Positions 49,081-58,595 of a stretch of DNA of 64,000 nucleotides are shown here, piece after piece. Numbering within the stretch: the first letter of the stretch is position 1; each line of letters opens with the position of its first letter. Below the pieces are notes generated by a model. It saw nothing but the letters and a program-made list of their open reading frames with translations. It was not told the origin of the DNA and searched no databases. Location: contig CAXGWI010000001.1 in the NCBI GenBank assembly GCA_964013405.1, positions 56,230-120,229 of the forward strand. The letters run 5' to 3'. The translations under genes were made by a program, and so were the position numbers. Origin of the DNA: an uncultured Myxococcales bacterium (lineage in GTDB: Bacteria > Myxococcota > UBA4151).

Positions 49081-51270
49081 TTAGACTTCTTCGATGCCGT
49101 AATGCTTCTCTGGTGAATAGCTGCCGTAGCGCCCATACGTGCCGTAGTAGGCACCGTACTTCCCGTAACCATAGCGGTGATAGTAGCCGTACAATCCGCC
49201 AGCGAGGACATGGGCGTTGAAGACCATGCCAAGGAGGTTAACCTTCGCCTGGTTCAGTTTCTGCGAGCAGTGGCGGATGTCCGCCTTCGTGGTCCGTCGG
49301 TGTCGCACCACCAGCAGGAGCCCATCCGTTTGATTGCCCAACACCACCGCATCCGTCACAAGGTTCACGGGCGGGGTGTCAAAGACCACCATATCGTATT
49401 GCTCGAGGAGGTGGTCCCGAACATTTCGGAAGGCCTGGGAATGGAGCAACTCCGCGGGGTTGGGTGGGTGTTTTCCGGCGGGGAGGATGTCGAGATTATC
49501 GATCCCAGTGGGCTTGCAGACCTCCTCGGCCGTGACCGTACTCGCCAGCAGGTCCGCCATCCCGGCTTTGCCTTTCAGGCCAAAGATTCGGTGCAAGCGA
49601 CCCCGCCGTAAGTCCGTGTCCACGAGCAGCACTCGACTCTCGGACTGGGCCAACGTGATGCCGATGCTCACCGCCGTAAAGGTCTTGCCATCGGCCGGAG
49701 ATGGGCTGGAGACCGCCAAGGTTCGTAGCGGGCGGTCAACATTCATGAACAATAGGTTTGAACGAATGGAGCGATACTGCTCCGCCATGGTGGAGCGGGA
49801 CTGAAGGCCAACCGTCAACTCCGGCGGATCCGATGGCTTACGGAGCATATTCACCACACCAAGACAGGTGGTGCCCGCGATCCGTTCAACCTGCTCCACA
49901 CTTTGGACAGCCGTCTGGGTCAGCTCAACAAGGATACCCAGGGCAACGGAGAAGAGAAATGCCAGTCCCCCGCCCATCAGGATATAGATCAACTTGAAGG
50001 GCCCCACGGGAATCGACGGAATGGCCGCACGGTCGAGAATCTCTACATTATTGGTTTCGAGGCGCAGGGCCATACCAGTGGCGAGCAACTGGTCTCGCAC
50101 CGACTCACGGAGCTTGTTGAGCCCCTGGCGCTCATCGACGAGTCGCTGGTAGTCCAAGGTGAGGCCCGACAACTCAATGACCGATTCCTTGGCACGGGCG
50201 ATACGACCACGAAAGCTCTGCTCTTCCCGCCCGAGACCATCACGTTCAGTTCGAAGATGCGCGATATGGTCATCCACCAACGTTCTCTGTTCGGCCAGAT
50301 GGGCCATCACTTTGTTTTCGAGTTCCTGAATCGACGGATGGTTACCGTGATAATGGGCCCGCTCCCGGGCCAGCACGGCGCGGGCCGCGGCTAGGTTTTG
50401 GCGGACGTTCAACAAGGCGGTCGAACCACTCTTCTTATCTGCGATCACCGCGGCAACTCGAGCACCGCCCTCAAGGGATTCAAGCCCCCTGATTCGCTCT
50501 TCGAGGGCCACCTTCCGGATTTGGACCTCATCCATGGCCTGGTTCAAACGGGCCAATGTCTCCCACTGAAGGGTACGGCTGTTCTCGATGTCCTTCGACA
50601 AAATGCCATTGGTTTCGCGAAAGTCAGCAATCTCCTTGTCCACTCGGTCTAACTCGCCCGTCAGGCGTTTATCTTCAGCCTTCAGATAGCGCTCTGCGCC
50701 GGCTTCCGCTGAGGTGCGACGGGTGGCGGCCCGGCCCACATACTCCTCGGCAAAACTATTGACGATTTCCGCTGCCAGAGCCGGATTCCGGTGCCGATAA
50801 GTGACGTCGATGGCTCGAGCAAATCGCTCTCGACTCACGGCTAGATTCGAGCCGAGGACATTGAGCGTCACCCGGTGGAGGTCTGCATCCTCCTTGAGGG
50901 GGCCCAGGCTCTCGAGCCACACCTTACGGTTCATCAGATCAAGAGCGACTGCGACACGACGGGCCAAATCCTCGGAAAGTAGGATCTGCTGCTGCGTCGC
51001 AAAGAACTCTCGGGTGTTGTAGGTCGAGTAGTTGCGACTGTTGTCATCCCGCCGCTCGGTCTCCTTCAAGACGCTGCGGGCATTCACCTCCGCCAGCACG
51101 CTGGTCTTCGCCTCGTAGATCGGCGGGATGCGGCGCACATAAACAAAGCCCATACCAGCACCCAGAAGGGAGGCCATCACAATGGGAAGCATCCAGCGAC
51201 CGGTCAGTTCCGACAGCTGGGTATCTTGCTTCTGCTGTTGATCCTTGCCCGCTGGCTCTTCGACGGCCAT
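49081..51270 (-). CDS. wzc: Polysaccharide co-polymerase/BY-kinase (Wzc-like)
   Basis: Two TMs around a coiled-coil domain; Walker A SPSPADGKT, LLVDTDLRR, VFDTPP; C-terminal Tyr cluster; AGGAG before ATG 51270. Confidence 0.9.
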   Translation of the reverse strand: MAVEEPAGKDQQQKQDTQLSELTGRWMLPIVMASLLGAGMGFVYVRRIPPIYEAKTSVLAEVNARSVLKETERRDDNSRNYSTYNTREFFATQQQILLSEDLARRVAVALDLMNRKVWLESLGPLKEDADLHRVTLNVLGSNLAVSRERFARAIDVTYRHRNPALAAEIVNSFAEEYVGRAATRRTSAEAGAERYLKAEDKRLTGELDRVDKEIADFRETNGILSKDIENSRTLQWETLARLNQAMDEVQIRKVALEERIRGLESLEGGARVAAVIADKKSGSTALLNVRQNLAAARAVLARERAHYHGNHPSIQELENKVMAHLAEQRTLVDDHIAHLRTERDGLGREEQSFRGRIARAKESVIELSGLTLDYQRLVDERQGLNKLRESVRDQLLATGMALRLETNNVEILDRAAIPSIPVGPFKLIYILMGGGLAFLFSVALGILVELTQTAVQSVEQVERIAGTTCLGVVNMLRKPSDPPELTVGLQSRSTMAEQYRSIRSNLLFMNVDRPLRTLAVSSPSPADGKTFTAVSIGITLAQSESRVLLVDTDLRRGRLHRIFGLKGKAGMADLLASTVTAEEVCKPTGIDNLDILPAGKHPPNPAELLHSQAFRNVRDHLLEQYDMVVFDTPPVNLVTDAVVLGNQTDGLLLVVRHRRTTKADIRHCSQKLNQAKVNLLGMVFNAHVLAGGLYGYYHRYGYGKYGAYYGTYGRYGSYSPEKHYGIEEV

Positions 51271-51375
51271 TGAAACTCCTACGCCCCTCAGGAACATGGT
51301 CCCATAATGCAGTCGTCCTCGCCACTCAATGGAAACCGCACCGAACCCATCTGTGAGGTTGGACACCGAGAGACT

Positions 51376-52086
51376 TTGGACGACGAGCGACCCAGGGCCA
51401 TCCGTAACGGTGTGGCCGTAACGCTATTTATCGGTCTCTCCAAACATTTGGCGGTGTTCTCAATTCTCCAGCCGCTGGTCGGTTTGGCAGCGGCCGCCGT
51501 GCAACTCTTCATCCCCCTCCGGGAGGCAGATCGCAGCCCATTGGGTGATGACGGTATTGGTTACCGGCTCGACGGCATCGCTCGAGACCTGCTCTGGGCA
51601 GCCGCATTCTTCCTGCTGACAGCCATCCCATTTTGGTTTCTCCACGAGTATTGGTGGGCCTGGGTACAGAACCGGGTGCCGGGCCAATCATCGCTGGCGA
51701 TTCCGGCTGGCGACCTGAGTGTCTGGCTGCAAGTTGCCAGCCCAACGCTTGATTTGGTGGAGTTGGTGCTGATCCACTTTCTTGCGGTCGCCCTGCCCGA
51801 GGAACTCTTTTATCGAGGCTACCTCCAACCCAGACTCTGTAGTCGCTTCCGTGACCACGCCTTGGCTTGGGGATTCCGCTGGAACCATGGCATCGCGCTC
51901 ACCGCGGCACTGTTTGCCCTCGCCCACTTTATCGGTGAGTACAATCCAGCCCGACTAGGCCCCTTTTTCCCGGCCCTTCTCTTCGGCCTGCTGCGCCGGC
52001 GGTCGGGGGGCATCGGGGGTGCCGTCTTCCTCCACGGCATGTATAATGTGCTGGGCGCCCTACTTTTTGCAGGCATGCTGGAATAA
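51376..52086 (+). CDS. CPBP-family intramembrane glutamic protease, myxosortase-like
   Basis: PEELFYRGYLQ, LFALAH and 'RLGPFFPALLFGLLRRRSG...FLHGMYN'. Start uncertain (TTG 51376 or ATG 51307). Confidence 0.75.
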   Translation: MDDERPRAIRNGVAVTLFIGLSKHLAVFSILQPLVGLAAAAVQLFIPLREADRSPLGDDGIGYRLDGIARDLLWAAAFFLLTAIPFWFLHEYWWAWVQNRVPGQSSLAIPAGDLSVWLQVASPTLDLVELVLIHFLAVALPEELFYRGYLQPRLCSRFRDHALAWGFRWNHGIALTAALFALAHFIGEYNPARLGPFFPALLFGLLRRRSGGIGGAVFLHGMYNVLGALLFAGMLE

Positions 52087-52105
52087 GTTCGCGCACCCGC
52101 CCGTT
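52080..52105 (+). promoter_or_regulatory. SigR/SigH-type ECF promoter (probable autoregulation)
   Basis: GGAAT (52080-52084), 18-nt spacer, GTT (52103-52105), ending 26 nt before the sigma factor ATG. Confidence 0.65.
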
Positions 52106-52131
52106 GGGCATACAAGGACGGGGGAGTTTCC

Positions 52132-52740
52132 ATGTTAAGGATCTTCGATACCAAGCGCCGCCGGTTTGAGCGAGAGGCTCTCGAGCACCTCAACGCGCTC
52201 TTTGGCCATGCCTTGCGTTTGACTCGAAATAATGAGCAGGCAGAAGACCTGGTTCAAGACACACTTCTGAAAGCCTTCAAGAACTTCGACTCCTTCAAAG
52301 AGGGAACCAACGCGAAGGCCTGGCTCATTCGGATTCTGACGAACACCTACATTAACGGTTACCGCCGCAATCAGGTGGCGAACCGGGCCCTAACTCAGCA
52401 TGGCGGCGGCTTCCTCAACGACAGGGTTTCCGGCTCGATGGGCAAGGGCGGCGCGAAGGGCATGACCGATGCGGTGATGGATCGCTTCATTCGCGACGAA
52501 TTGGTGGAAGCCGTCAACGAACTGCCGGACAACTTTCGCGACGTGGTGATCCTGGCTGATGTGGAAGAGTTGAGTTATCGAGAAATTGCGGATGCACTGG
52601 AGATCCCCATCGGCACGGTCATGTCCAGACTCCATCGGGGCCGACGCCTCCTCCGGGAGGCCCTCAGCGAGTTTGCCCACAGCCTGGAAGACTCAGGGTT
52701 GACCATTCTCGACCCCCACCGTCGGCAGCGCCATGGTTGA
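52132..52740 (+). CDS. ECF sigma factor, SigR/SigH-like
   Basis: 'RFEREAL...[16 protein letters not shown]...[21 protein letters not shown]'; region 4 '[24 protein letters not shown]'. Confidence 0.93.
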   Translation: MLRIFDTKRRRFEREALEHLNALFGHALRLTRNNEQAEDLVQDTLLKAFKNFDSFKEGTNAKAWLIRILTNTYINGYRRNQVANRALTQHGGGFLNDRVSGSMGKGGAKGMTDAVMDRFIRDELVEAVNELPDNFRDVVILADVEELSYREIADALEIPIGTVMSRLHRGRRLLREALSEFAHSLEDSGLTILDPHRRQRHG

Positions 52741-53473
52741 ACCGACGGTCGACTGCGAGAGCTTTCGAGCCCAGTCAGAACTCCTCCTGACCGGCTCGCT
52801 CTCCGACGAAGAGCGCACCACGCTCATGGCCCACGCCCAGGTCTGTCTGGATTGTGGGCTCATCCTCCGGGCCGACGATCGCCTACGCCATGGTTTGCGA
52901 AGGCGATGGGATACCCCGAAGGCCCCCCGTCGCCTACGGCGCCGGATGCGCCGGCGATGGGCTCTTCAGCGAGGCCTGCGCACGGCCGGCGCCATCGCGA
53001 GCGTCGGAGCCATTGGCGCCATTGCGCTCCTGTTGATGCCGGAACGCCAAGACGCCATCGAGCCCCTCCTCTCTGAAACCCTAGCCATTCATCAGGGGCT
53101 GGAAGATCTTCCCCACGACCTTGCCGAGGAGCCTACGGAGCGCGTCGAGCGCTTCGTCAGCAAGCAGTTGGGGCAAATCGTGAATTTGCCCCACCCCCCG
53201 GAACTTGGTCGCAGTCTATCGGCCCGGGTGCACCGAGGCCCGACGGGCGCACCGGCGGCAGTGATTACCTATGGCGGTGGGCCTCGGCGCATCACCGTCC
53301 TCGCCGTCTCTGAAAACGATGACCTCGAAGAGGACTTGCCCGAACCCGTTGTCCGAGAAGTGAACGGTAAGGAAGTGCTGATCTGGAAGAAGGACGGCAC
53401 GGTATTTTCAGCGACTGGAGCTGACGGACGAGCCCCCAACCCCTTCGTGAAGATGGTCGGCTACAGTCCCTGA
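52733..53473 (+). CDS. Zinc-binding anti-sigma factor (ZAS) with TM and extracytoplasmic domain
   Basis: HxxxCxxC motif 'HAQVCLDC' plus an upstream Cys; single TM; overlaps the sigma gene. Confidence 0.85.
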   Translation: MVEPTVDCESFRAQSELLLTGSLSDEERTTLMAHAQVCLDCGLILRADDRLRHGLRRRWDTPKAPRRLRRRMRRRWALQRGLRTAGAIASVGAIGAIALLLMPERQDAIEPLLSETLAIHQGLEDLPHDLAEEPTERVERFVSKQLGQIVNLPHPPELGRSLSARVHRGPTGAPAAVITYGGGPRRITVLAVSENDDLEEDLPEPVVREVNGKEVLIWKKDGTVFSATGADGRAPNPFVKMVGYSP

Positions 53474-53524
53474 GTGACACAGACGAACTAGACCCGGCCT
53501 AGGACCTTGGGCTAAGCCCGGGCC

Positions 53525-53902
53525 ATGGATGCCCTCCACCTCCTGATCTATCTCGACGACCCCTCCCCCTGGCAGGAGTTCATCGCCGACCTAGAAGCCG
53601 GCGGCGCCACCTGCCGCTTGATCTCCGATCATCCCTCCCTGGTGGCGGCCGCGGCAGATGCGGGCCCTGAAGACGTTATCGTGGTCGGTCAGGACCGGGT
53701 CGAGGACGAGGCTTTGGCCAAGCTCGGGCTACCTGTTTACGGCATCGAAGAGCTCGCTGCCGAGATGGGGGGGAGTCTGGTGGACCCCTTCGCACCACCG
53801 AGTCGGGCCGAAGACAGCGTGCTGGACAAGGTGGACAAGCAACTGGACCGCCTCGAAGCCGTGGTCCGAGACTTGGAAGCACGGCGTTCCCGCTCCACCT
53901 AA
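53525..53902 (+). CDS. Small acidic hypothetical protein with C-terminal coiled coil
   Basis: 125-aa ORF filling the gap between the anti-sigma and the convergent PEGA gene; globular-looking composition. Confidence 0.55.
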   Translation: MDALHLLIYLDDPSPWQEFIADLEAGGATCRLISDHPSLVAAAADAGPEDVIVVGQDRVEDEALAKLGLPVYGIEELAAEMGGSLVDPFAPPSRAEDSVLDKVDKQLDRLEAVVRDLEARRSRST

Positions 53903-56805
53903 TCGTCGATGAGTAGGATCTCGATCCCGCCTCCGACGGCCACAAAGCCCGTGTCGTCAACACCCGGTACCCCTTGGTGATACCAACCGTGGAGTCGCCA
54001 GACCGGATCATCGCCAAGGCCGAGTTCCGCTTTGAAGCCAGTCGCTAGGGCGCTGAATCCGTAGTCTGGGCTGAGCGCGCCCTCGTCTTCGTCGTCGTTG
54101 CCATCGACACTCGCCCAGACTTGACGAAGGACCGGCCCAATGCGCCAACCATCCCCCAGGCCGAACATCAACTCGCCTTTGAGCTCAAACTTGCTCATCC
54201 GAGAGATGAAGAACTCGCCATCACCGATCAAGCGCAGTTCACTCGCCCCCAAAATCCCTTCATCAGACGGGCGCAGGAACACCATCCCGTTGGCACCAAA
54301 ACCAACGGCGAACTGACCGTCCACAACTCCAAACTGGGCGAGCCGAGCGGTCCCGCCGAGACCGAAGCGCTTCGTGATCCAGTGCATGCCGCCCACACCA
54401 AAACACCCCCTCGTCAATCGATAGGTGCTCCCCCGGCGAGTGGACATGATCTCCCCGGTGGGTGGGAGGCAGTAGATCACCGGGGCCAGCCAACCATCCC
54501 AGTCCGTACTGTCGAAATCCCGATCGGCTCGGCCACGGTGGTTGTAGCCAAGCCAACGCCAGTCGACCCCCAGGTTGTAGCTCTGGATGGTGTCGCTGCT
54601 GCGGGAGGGGGGCATCCAAAGCCCTCCGCTAAGCGCAAGCCGGTCCGTCAGACGCAGGCGCCCCTGGAGACCATAGGTCGTCGTACTTGAGTCCGAGTGA
54701 ATCCGCAGGCTTGGGCTGAGGTGAAGTCGCTCGCCCACGAGGTAGCGGAGTCGAGCGGTCATGGCCTGACCTTCGGCATCAAACAACTGATAACCCAAGC
54801 CAAGCTCTGCTAAAGAAAGGACGCCTTCGGTGCCCCTTAGGAGCAACTCGACCCCACCTTCTTTGCCGTCCATGCCCTGATTCTGCAGGCCCCCTAAGCT
54901 ACTGCTGATCCATAGCTTGGTACTCAGTTGGGGCAAGAGCCGGCGCCGATATGCGATACCGACGCCCCGAGGTAGGAAGCCCCGGTCGACAGACCCCGGC
55001 CCTGGCAGCGAATTACCGCCCTGAATCATGGGCCCCAAAACGGTCCATTGAGACAAACCATCGACGTCCCTACGAAGTCGGCGTTTCTCAAGGCTACGCC
55101 GCCCTAAAGCTGAGTCATCTTGGAGTTTGTAACGGGCCCGATAACTGCCGCCAGCCTCGAACTGCTGACACTGTTCGGCCGCTATATAGTTGGGCTTGCT
55201 GACTTGATAACAACTCCTGCCCGCTTCTGGAGTGAGGGTGCAGGGGGTTTTACACTTCTGTCCCTCGATTCGAACGGTGGCTCCCACCGGCTTGCCCGAG
55301 AAGGTGACCGCAGGCCGCTTACGGGCATAGATTTCAACCGGTCCATCCATGCCCCCTTTGGGAACCCTCACTTTCTTGACGGCTTTTGCGAACCGGGGAT
55401 CGTTGACTGTGAGGTTGTAGCTACCAGGGACCACACTGAAGTTCGCCGGTGACTTCTGCGCAGGCTCTTGGCCGAGCTTAACGACGACCCCTTCTTCGCC
55501 GGGCGTCACCACCCGGACGATGTTGGCCTTCACAAGGCTCCACTCCTCAGTGACCTCTCGCCGCTCTTTCACCTGCATGTCGTGAACCTGGCTACCGTAG
55601 CCTGTCTTGCTCACGATCACCCGATAGCCGCCTGTGGGGAGCAGCCCCACGAAAGGCGTGCTCTCCTTATGAACCTTACCCGGCTCAGCCAGTGACTCGA
55701 AGCGCAACTCAGCACCAGGCGGCCGGGTCATGACCGCGACATCCCCCATCTTGCGCTCCATTTCGATGCGTAACTCGGTTCGGGTTTGGGGCCGAATCTT
55801 CACATTACGACGCACGGTTTTAAACAGAGGGTGCTCAACCCTCACGGCCATGCTGCCGGCCGGTTGTCTCTGGATAATCTTGGGCGTGATGCCCACCGAG
55901 TCCCTTCGGTTTAATGTGATCCGAGCACCGGCCAGTGGTACGGTCACCACCTTCAAGCTGCCAAAGTTGGGTTCCAACGTCACTCGAAGTTGCATGGGGC
56001 CTGCGGGCACCTCGACATTCTGTTCAACGGCTGCATAGAGCGGGTGGTCGATGCGGAGGCGATATCGGCCGGACTTGACTGGTTTTTGAAAAATTCCATC
56101 GGGGCCAATCTGACCGACGGTCCTGCGGTCGAGCTGGACCCGCGCTTGGGGTGCGTTACAGTCTACCAACAAAATCCCCCGTCGGCCCTGCTTAACCCCC
56201 CCCGATGCTTTGACCACCTCCAAGGTGGAGGACTGACTTCCCCTCCCCCGTCGCTTCTCCGTAATCTGCACGCCGAGCCCACCGATCAAACGCCCGGTGG
56301 CCTCTTTGACCTTCTCCTCACCCTTCGAGGTGGCGAGGCTGCCCACATCATCCAATGTAAGGCGGGTCTGTTCCACCAATTCGACGGCGCCTTCGTTGAG
56401 CCGCTTTAAAGTCAGCGTGACCTGGCCTCGGGCACAATCGAAACGTTGTTCCAGGTAGATCTTCGCCTGGGCTCGTCGAGCGATTTGGGCACAGCTTTGA
56501 TCACTGCAAGCCGTCTCCTTCTCCGAACGGCTTGAGAAGGCCTGCATCAGGGTGATCAGATCCGCACCCTGAATGAGCACGTAGCGATTCTTGGGCAGGT
56601 GGCGAAGGAACTGCTCCTCCAAGAGCTGGGTCAAATACACCATATCCTGCGGGGTGGCGCAGCTGGCCTGGCGGGAGTCCGCGTAAAAGATAGCAACCCG
56701 CTCTCGCTCCCAGCCTGTGCCCTGGGCCTGGGCCCTTGGACTCAAGAAAAGAATCACACTGCAAAGCACAGCAAGAATGGACTGAAGTCTAAGCTTGAGC
56801 ATCAC
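53899..56805 (-). CDS. Secreted multi-PEGA protein with probable C-terminal outer-membrane beta-barrel (paralog A)
   Basis: Signal peptide ending 'AQA'; 4-Cys N-terminal domain; about 5 PEGA-like repeats ('GRYRLRIDHPLY', 'GGYRVIVSKTGY'); C-terminal alternating hydrophobic strands rich in G/Y/W/F. Confidence 0.75.
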   Translation of the reverse strand: MMLKLRLQSILAVLCSVILFLSPRAQAQGTGWERERVAIFYADSRQASCATPQDMVYLTQLLEEQFLRHLPKNRYVLIQGADLITLMQAFSSRSEKETACSDQSCAQIARRAQAKIYLEQRFDCARGQVTLTLKRLNEGAVELVEQTRLTLDDVGSLATSKGEEKVKEATGRLIGGLGVQITEKRRGRGSQSSTLEVVKASGGVKQGRRGILLVDCNAPQARVQLDRRTVGQIGPDGIFQKPVKSGRYRLRIDHPLYAAVEQNVEVPAGPMQLRVTLEPNFGSLKVVTVPLAGARITLNRRDSVGITPKIIQRQPAGSMAVRVEHPLFKTVRRNVKIRPQTRTELRIEMERKMGDVAVMTRPPGAELRFESLAEPGKVHKESTPFVGLLPTGGYRVIVSKTGYGSQVHDMQVKERREVTEEWSLVKANIVRVVTPGEEGVVVKLGQEPAQKSPANFSVVPGSYNLTVNDPRFAKAVKKVRVPKGGMDGPVEIYARKRPAVTFSGKPVGATVRIEGQKCKTPCTLTPEAGRSCYQVSKPNYIAAEQCQQFEAGGSYRARYKLQDDSALGRRSLEKRRLRRDVDGLSQWTVLGPMIQGGNSLPGPGSVDRGFLPRGVGIAYRRRLLPQLSTKLWISSSLGGLQNQGMDGKEGGVELLLRGTEGVLSLAELGLGYQLFDAEGQAMTARLRYLVGERLHLSPSLRIHSDSSTTTYGLQGRLRLTDRLALSGGLWMPPSRSSDTIQSYNLGVDWRWLGYNHRGRADRDFDSTDWDGWLAPVIYCLPPTGEIMSTRRGSTYRLTRGCFGVGGMHWITKRFGLGGTARLAQFGVVDGQFAVGFGANGMVFLRPSDEGILGASELRLIGDGEFFISRMSKFELKGELMFGLGDGWRIGPVLRQVWASVDGNDDEDEGALSPDYGFSALATGFKAELGLGDDPVWRLHGWYHQGVPGVDDTGFVAVGGGIEILLIDD

Positions 56806-56882
56806 TGCTTCCCCAGAAGAGCCGCCCCAGAGGGGCTACTTACACCATGACGAACAGGGTCTACTGAAAATGGCAGCAATCG

Positions 56883-57458
56883 TCACGGCGTCGTCACAGC
56901 GGGCAACACTGCCTGGATCTTCGCCACGAGATCTTCCTGGGCGCCGTGCAGGGCCAGTAACTGGCGCGCATCGTCGCCGCAAACACGAATGGCGGGCAAG
57001 CTACAGGCTGTCTCGACATCGTTTTCTTCACACACGCCGAACAAACGACTGACCTCCTGGCTGCCATCTTCGACGACAAGCAGCTTTCTGCCCAACTCGG
57101 CCTCGATGCGATCCAACTTGGCTTTGGCTTTGCCGTAACGCTCACCGGAGAGTACCACCACCAATCCGGCCTGCCCTTCCGCGCCGAAAGCCGTACTCAA
57201 CTGCCGCAACTGGGGACCGCATTGATCACACCAACTGGCGAAGAAAAGAAGCACGGTGCCCGATTGCTGCGCCAACAAGTCCTGAGACGAGATCAACTTG
57301 GTCCCGGTACGGTCCCAACTGGCAAAAGAGGGGCAAATCGCAGGCTGGGCTGACTTCGCTGGCCCACTGGTCTCCGTCTGGACCCGATGACTTGAGACCC
57401 GTGTGGGTGTCTGGGCACAGGCACTCAGCGTCACAATAAAAACAAGAACCCAACGCAA
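56883..57458 (-). CDS. TlpA-like thioredoxin-fold lipoprotein
   Basis: Lipobox 'VTLSAC', FFASWCDQC active site, later 'LP' loop; TTG start with AAGGAG upstream. Confidence 0.8.
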   Translation of the reverse strand: MRWVLVFIVTLSACAQTPTRVSSHRVQTETSGPAKSAQPAICPSFASWDRTGTKLISSQDLLAQQSGTVLLFFASWCDQCGPQLRQLSTAFGAEGQAGLVVVLSGERYGKAKAKLDRIEAELGRKLLVVEDGSQEVSRLFGVCEENDVETACSLPAIRVCGDDARQLLALHGAQEDLVAKIQAVLPAVTTP

Positions 57459-57512
57459 AACAGACTCCTTTAACGCTGCGCTCTTAGCCTAGCCCAGCCC
57501 CTTTCGGGAACC

Positions 57513-58571
57513 CTAGTCAATCTTGCCGAGAATTTGCCCCACCAACTTGGCTCGGCCTTTGAGCTCAAACTGGAGCATCGCCTTCTCACTGGCCTGCTCC
57601 ATCGTGGTGGCAAGCCCCTGAAAGCGGACCGGCGGCAAGGGGTATCGTTGCCCCTGGTGACAGTTGGTCATCGCCGGGCTGAGATGCAAGGTACAGGTAG
57701 GCCCCACGAAGCCGACGGAGCAGTCCATCTTGGTTTCAAGGAGTAAGTGATAGGCCCGACGTTTTTGATACCGGCCACAACTGCGCCCGGCCTCCTGTGC
57801 AGTAAAACTCGATCGGCCCAGGTGGGCGACGACGCTACCGGCAACCCGCCGACGGACCTCTGCGCCCCCTTTGTCCGTCACATGAACCAAGAACGGCATG
57901 GCCTGAAATTCCGCTCGAACCTCCTGAGCTGGCACGAGATAGCGACGGTAGAGTCGGGCCACGTCCACCTCAGCCATCGGACCAGCCACGACCTTTTGCA
58001 GGGCCGCCAACTCTCGATATCGACTCCAGGCTTTCTGCAGTCGATCAAAGCTACTCTCTAAGTTCGAGAAACTGATGGTTGCATCGCGAAAGGGCCGAAA
58101 GGACACATCGAGTTGTGATTGGGCGGCCATCAAGTCCTGCTGGATTTGTTCGCGGGCGGGACGGCGCTTGAGACAGACGGCCGTTTCGCAGCCCTCGCCC
58201 CCACAGGCTCGGTATTTCACTCGCTCCACGAAAAACTGAGCGTAGCGGAAATCCGAACGAATGGTTGTGGCTTCCACCGTCTCTCGGCTCACCTTGCCGT
58301 CCGTCTCTTTGGCCACCATTCGCAACTCGGTCTGCAAACGGGCATTGAGCTTGCGAGCCAGGTTCACCTGGGCCTTCGTGAGGGCGGCCGTTGGATCCTC
58401 ACTCGGTGCCTGTCCGAGAGCACAGACGGGGTTGCCCTCCAGACGGCGGAGCTCCACCTCCCGAGCTTCGACGCTGACGGTCAGACAGCCCGAGACCAAG
58501 AACAAAAGAGCACATAGACTGCGCACGTACACGCCAGCCTTCGTCACTGCTGATTGCTGCTCACGCTTCAA
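57513..58571 (-). CDS. Exported protein/lipoprotein, LPP20-like N-terminal domain, Cys-rich
   Basis: 'LLFLVSGC'; 'AALTKAQVNLARKLNARLQTE...EATTIRSD'; GAGGAG before TTG. Confidence 0.55.
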   Translation of the reverse strand: MKREQQSAVTKAGVYVRSLCALLFLVSGCLTVSVEAREVELRRLEGNPVCALGQAPSEDPTAALTKAQVNLARKLNARLQTELRMVAKETDGKVSRETVEATTIRSDFRYAQFFVERVKYRACGGEGCETAVCLKRRPAREQIQQDLMAAQSQLDVSFRPFRDATISFSNLESSFDRLQKAWSRYRELAALQKVVAGPMAEVDVARLYRRYLVPAQEVRAEFQAMPFLVHVTDKGGAEVRRRVAGSVVAHLGRSSFTAQEAGRSCGRYQKRRAYHLLLETKMDCSVGFVGPTCTLHLSPAMTNCHQGQRYPLPPVRFQGLATTMEQASEKAMLQFELKGRAKLVGQILGKID

Positions 58572-58595
58572 GATCCGCTCCTCATCGCCCTTCGT

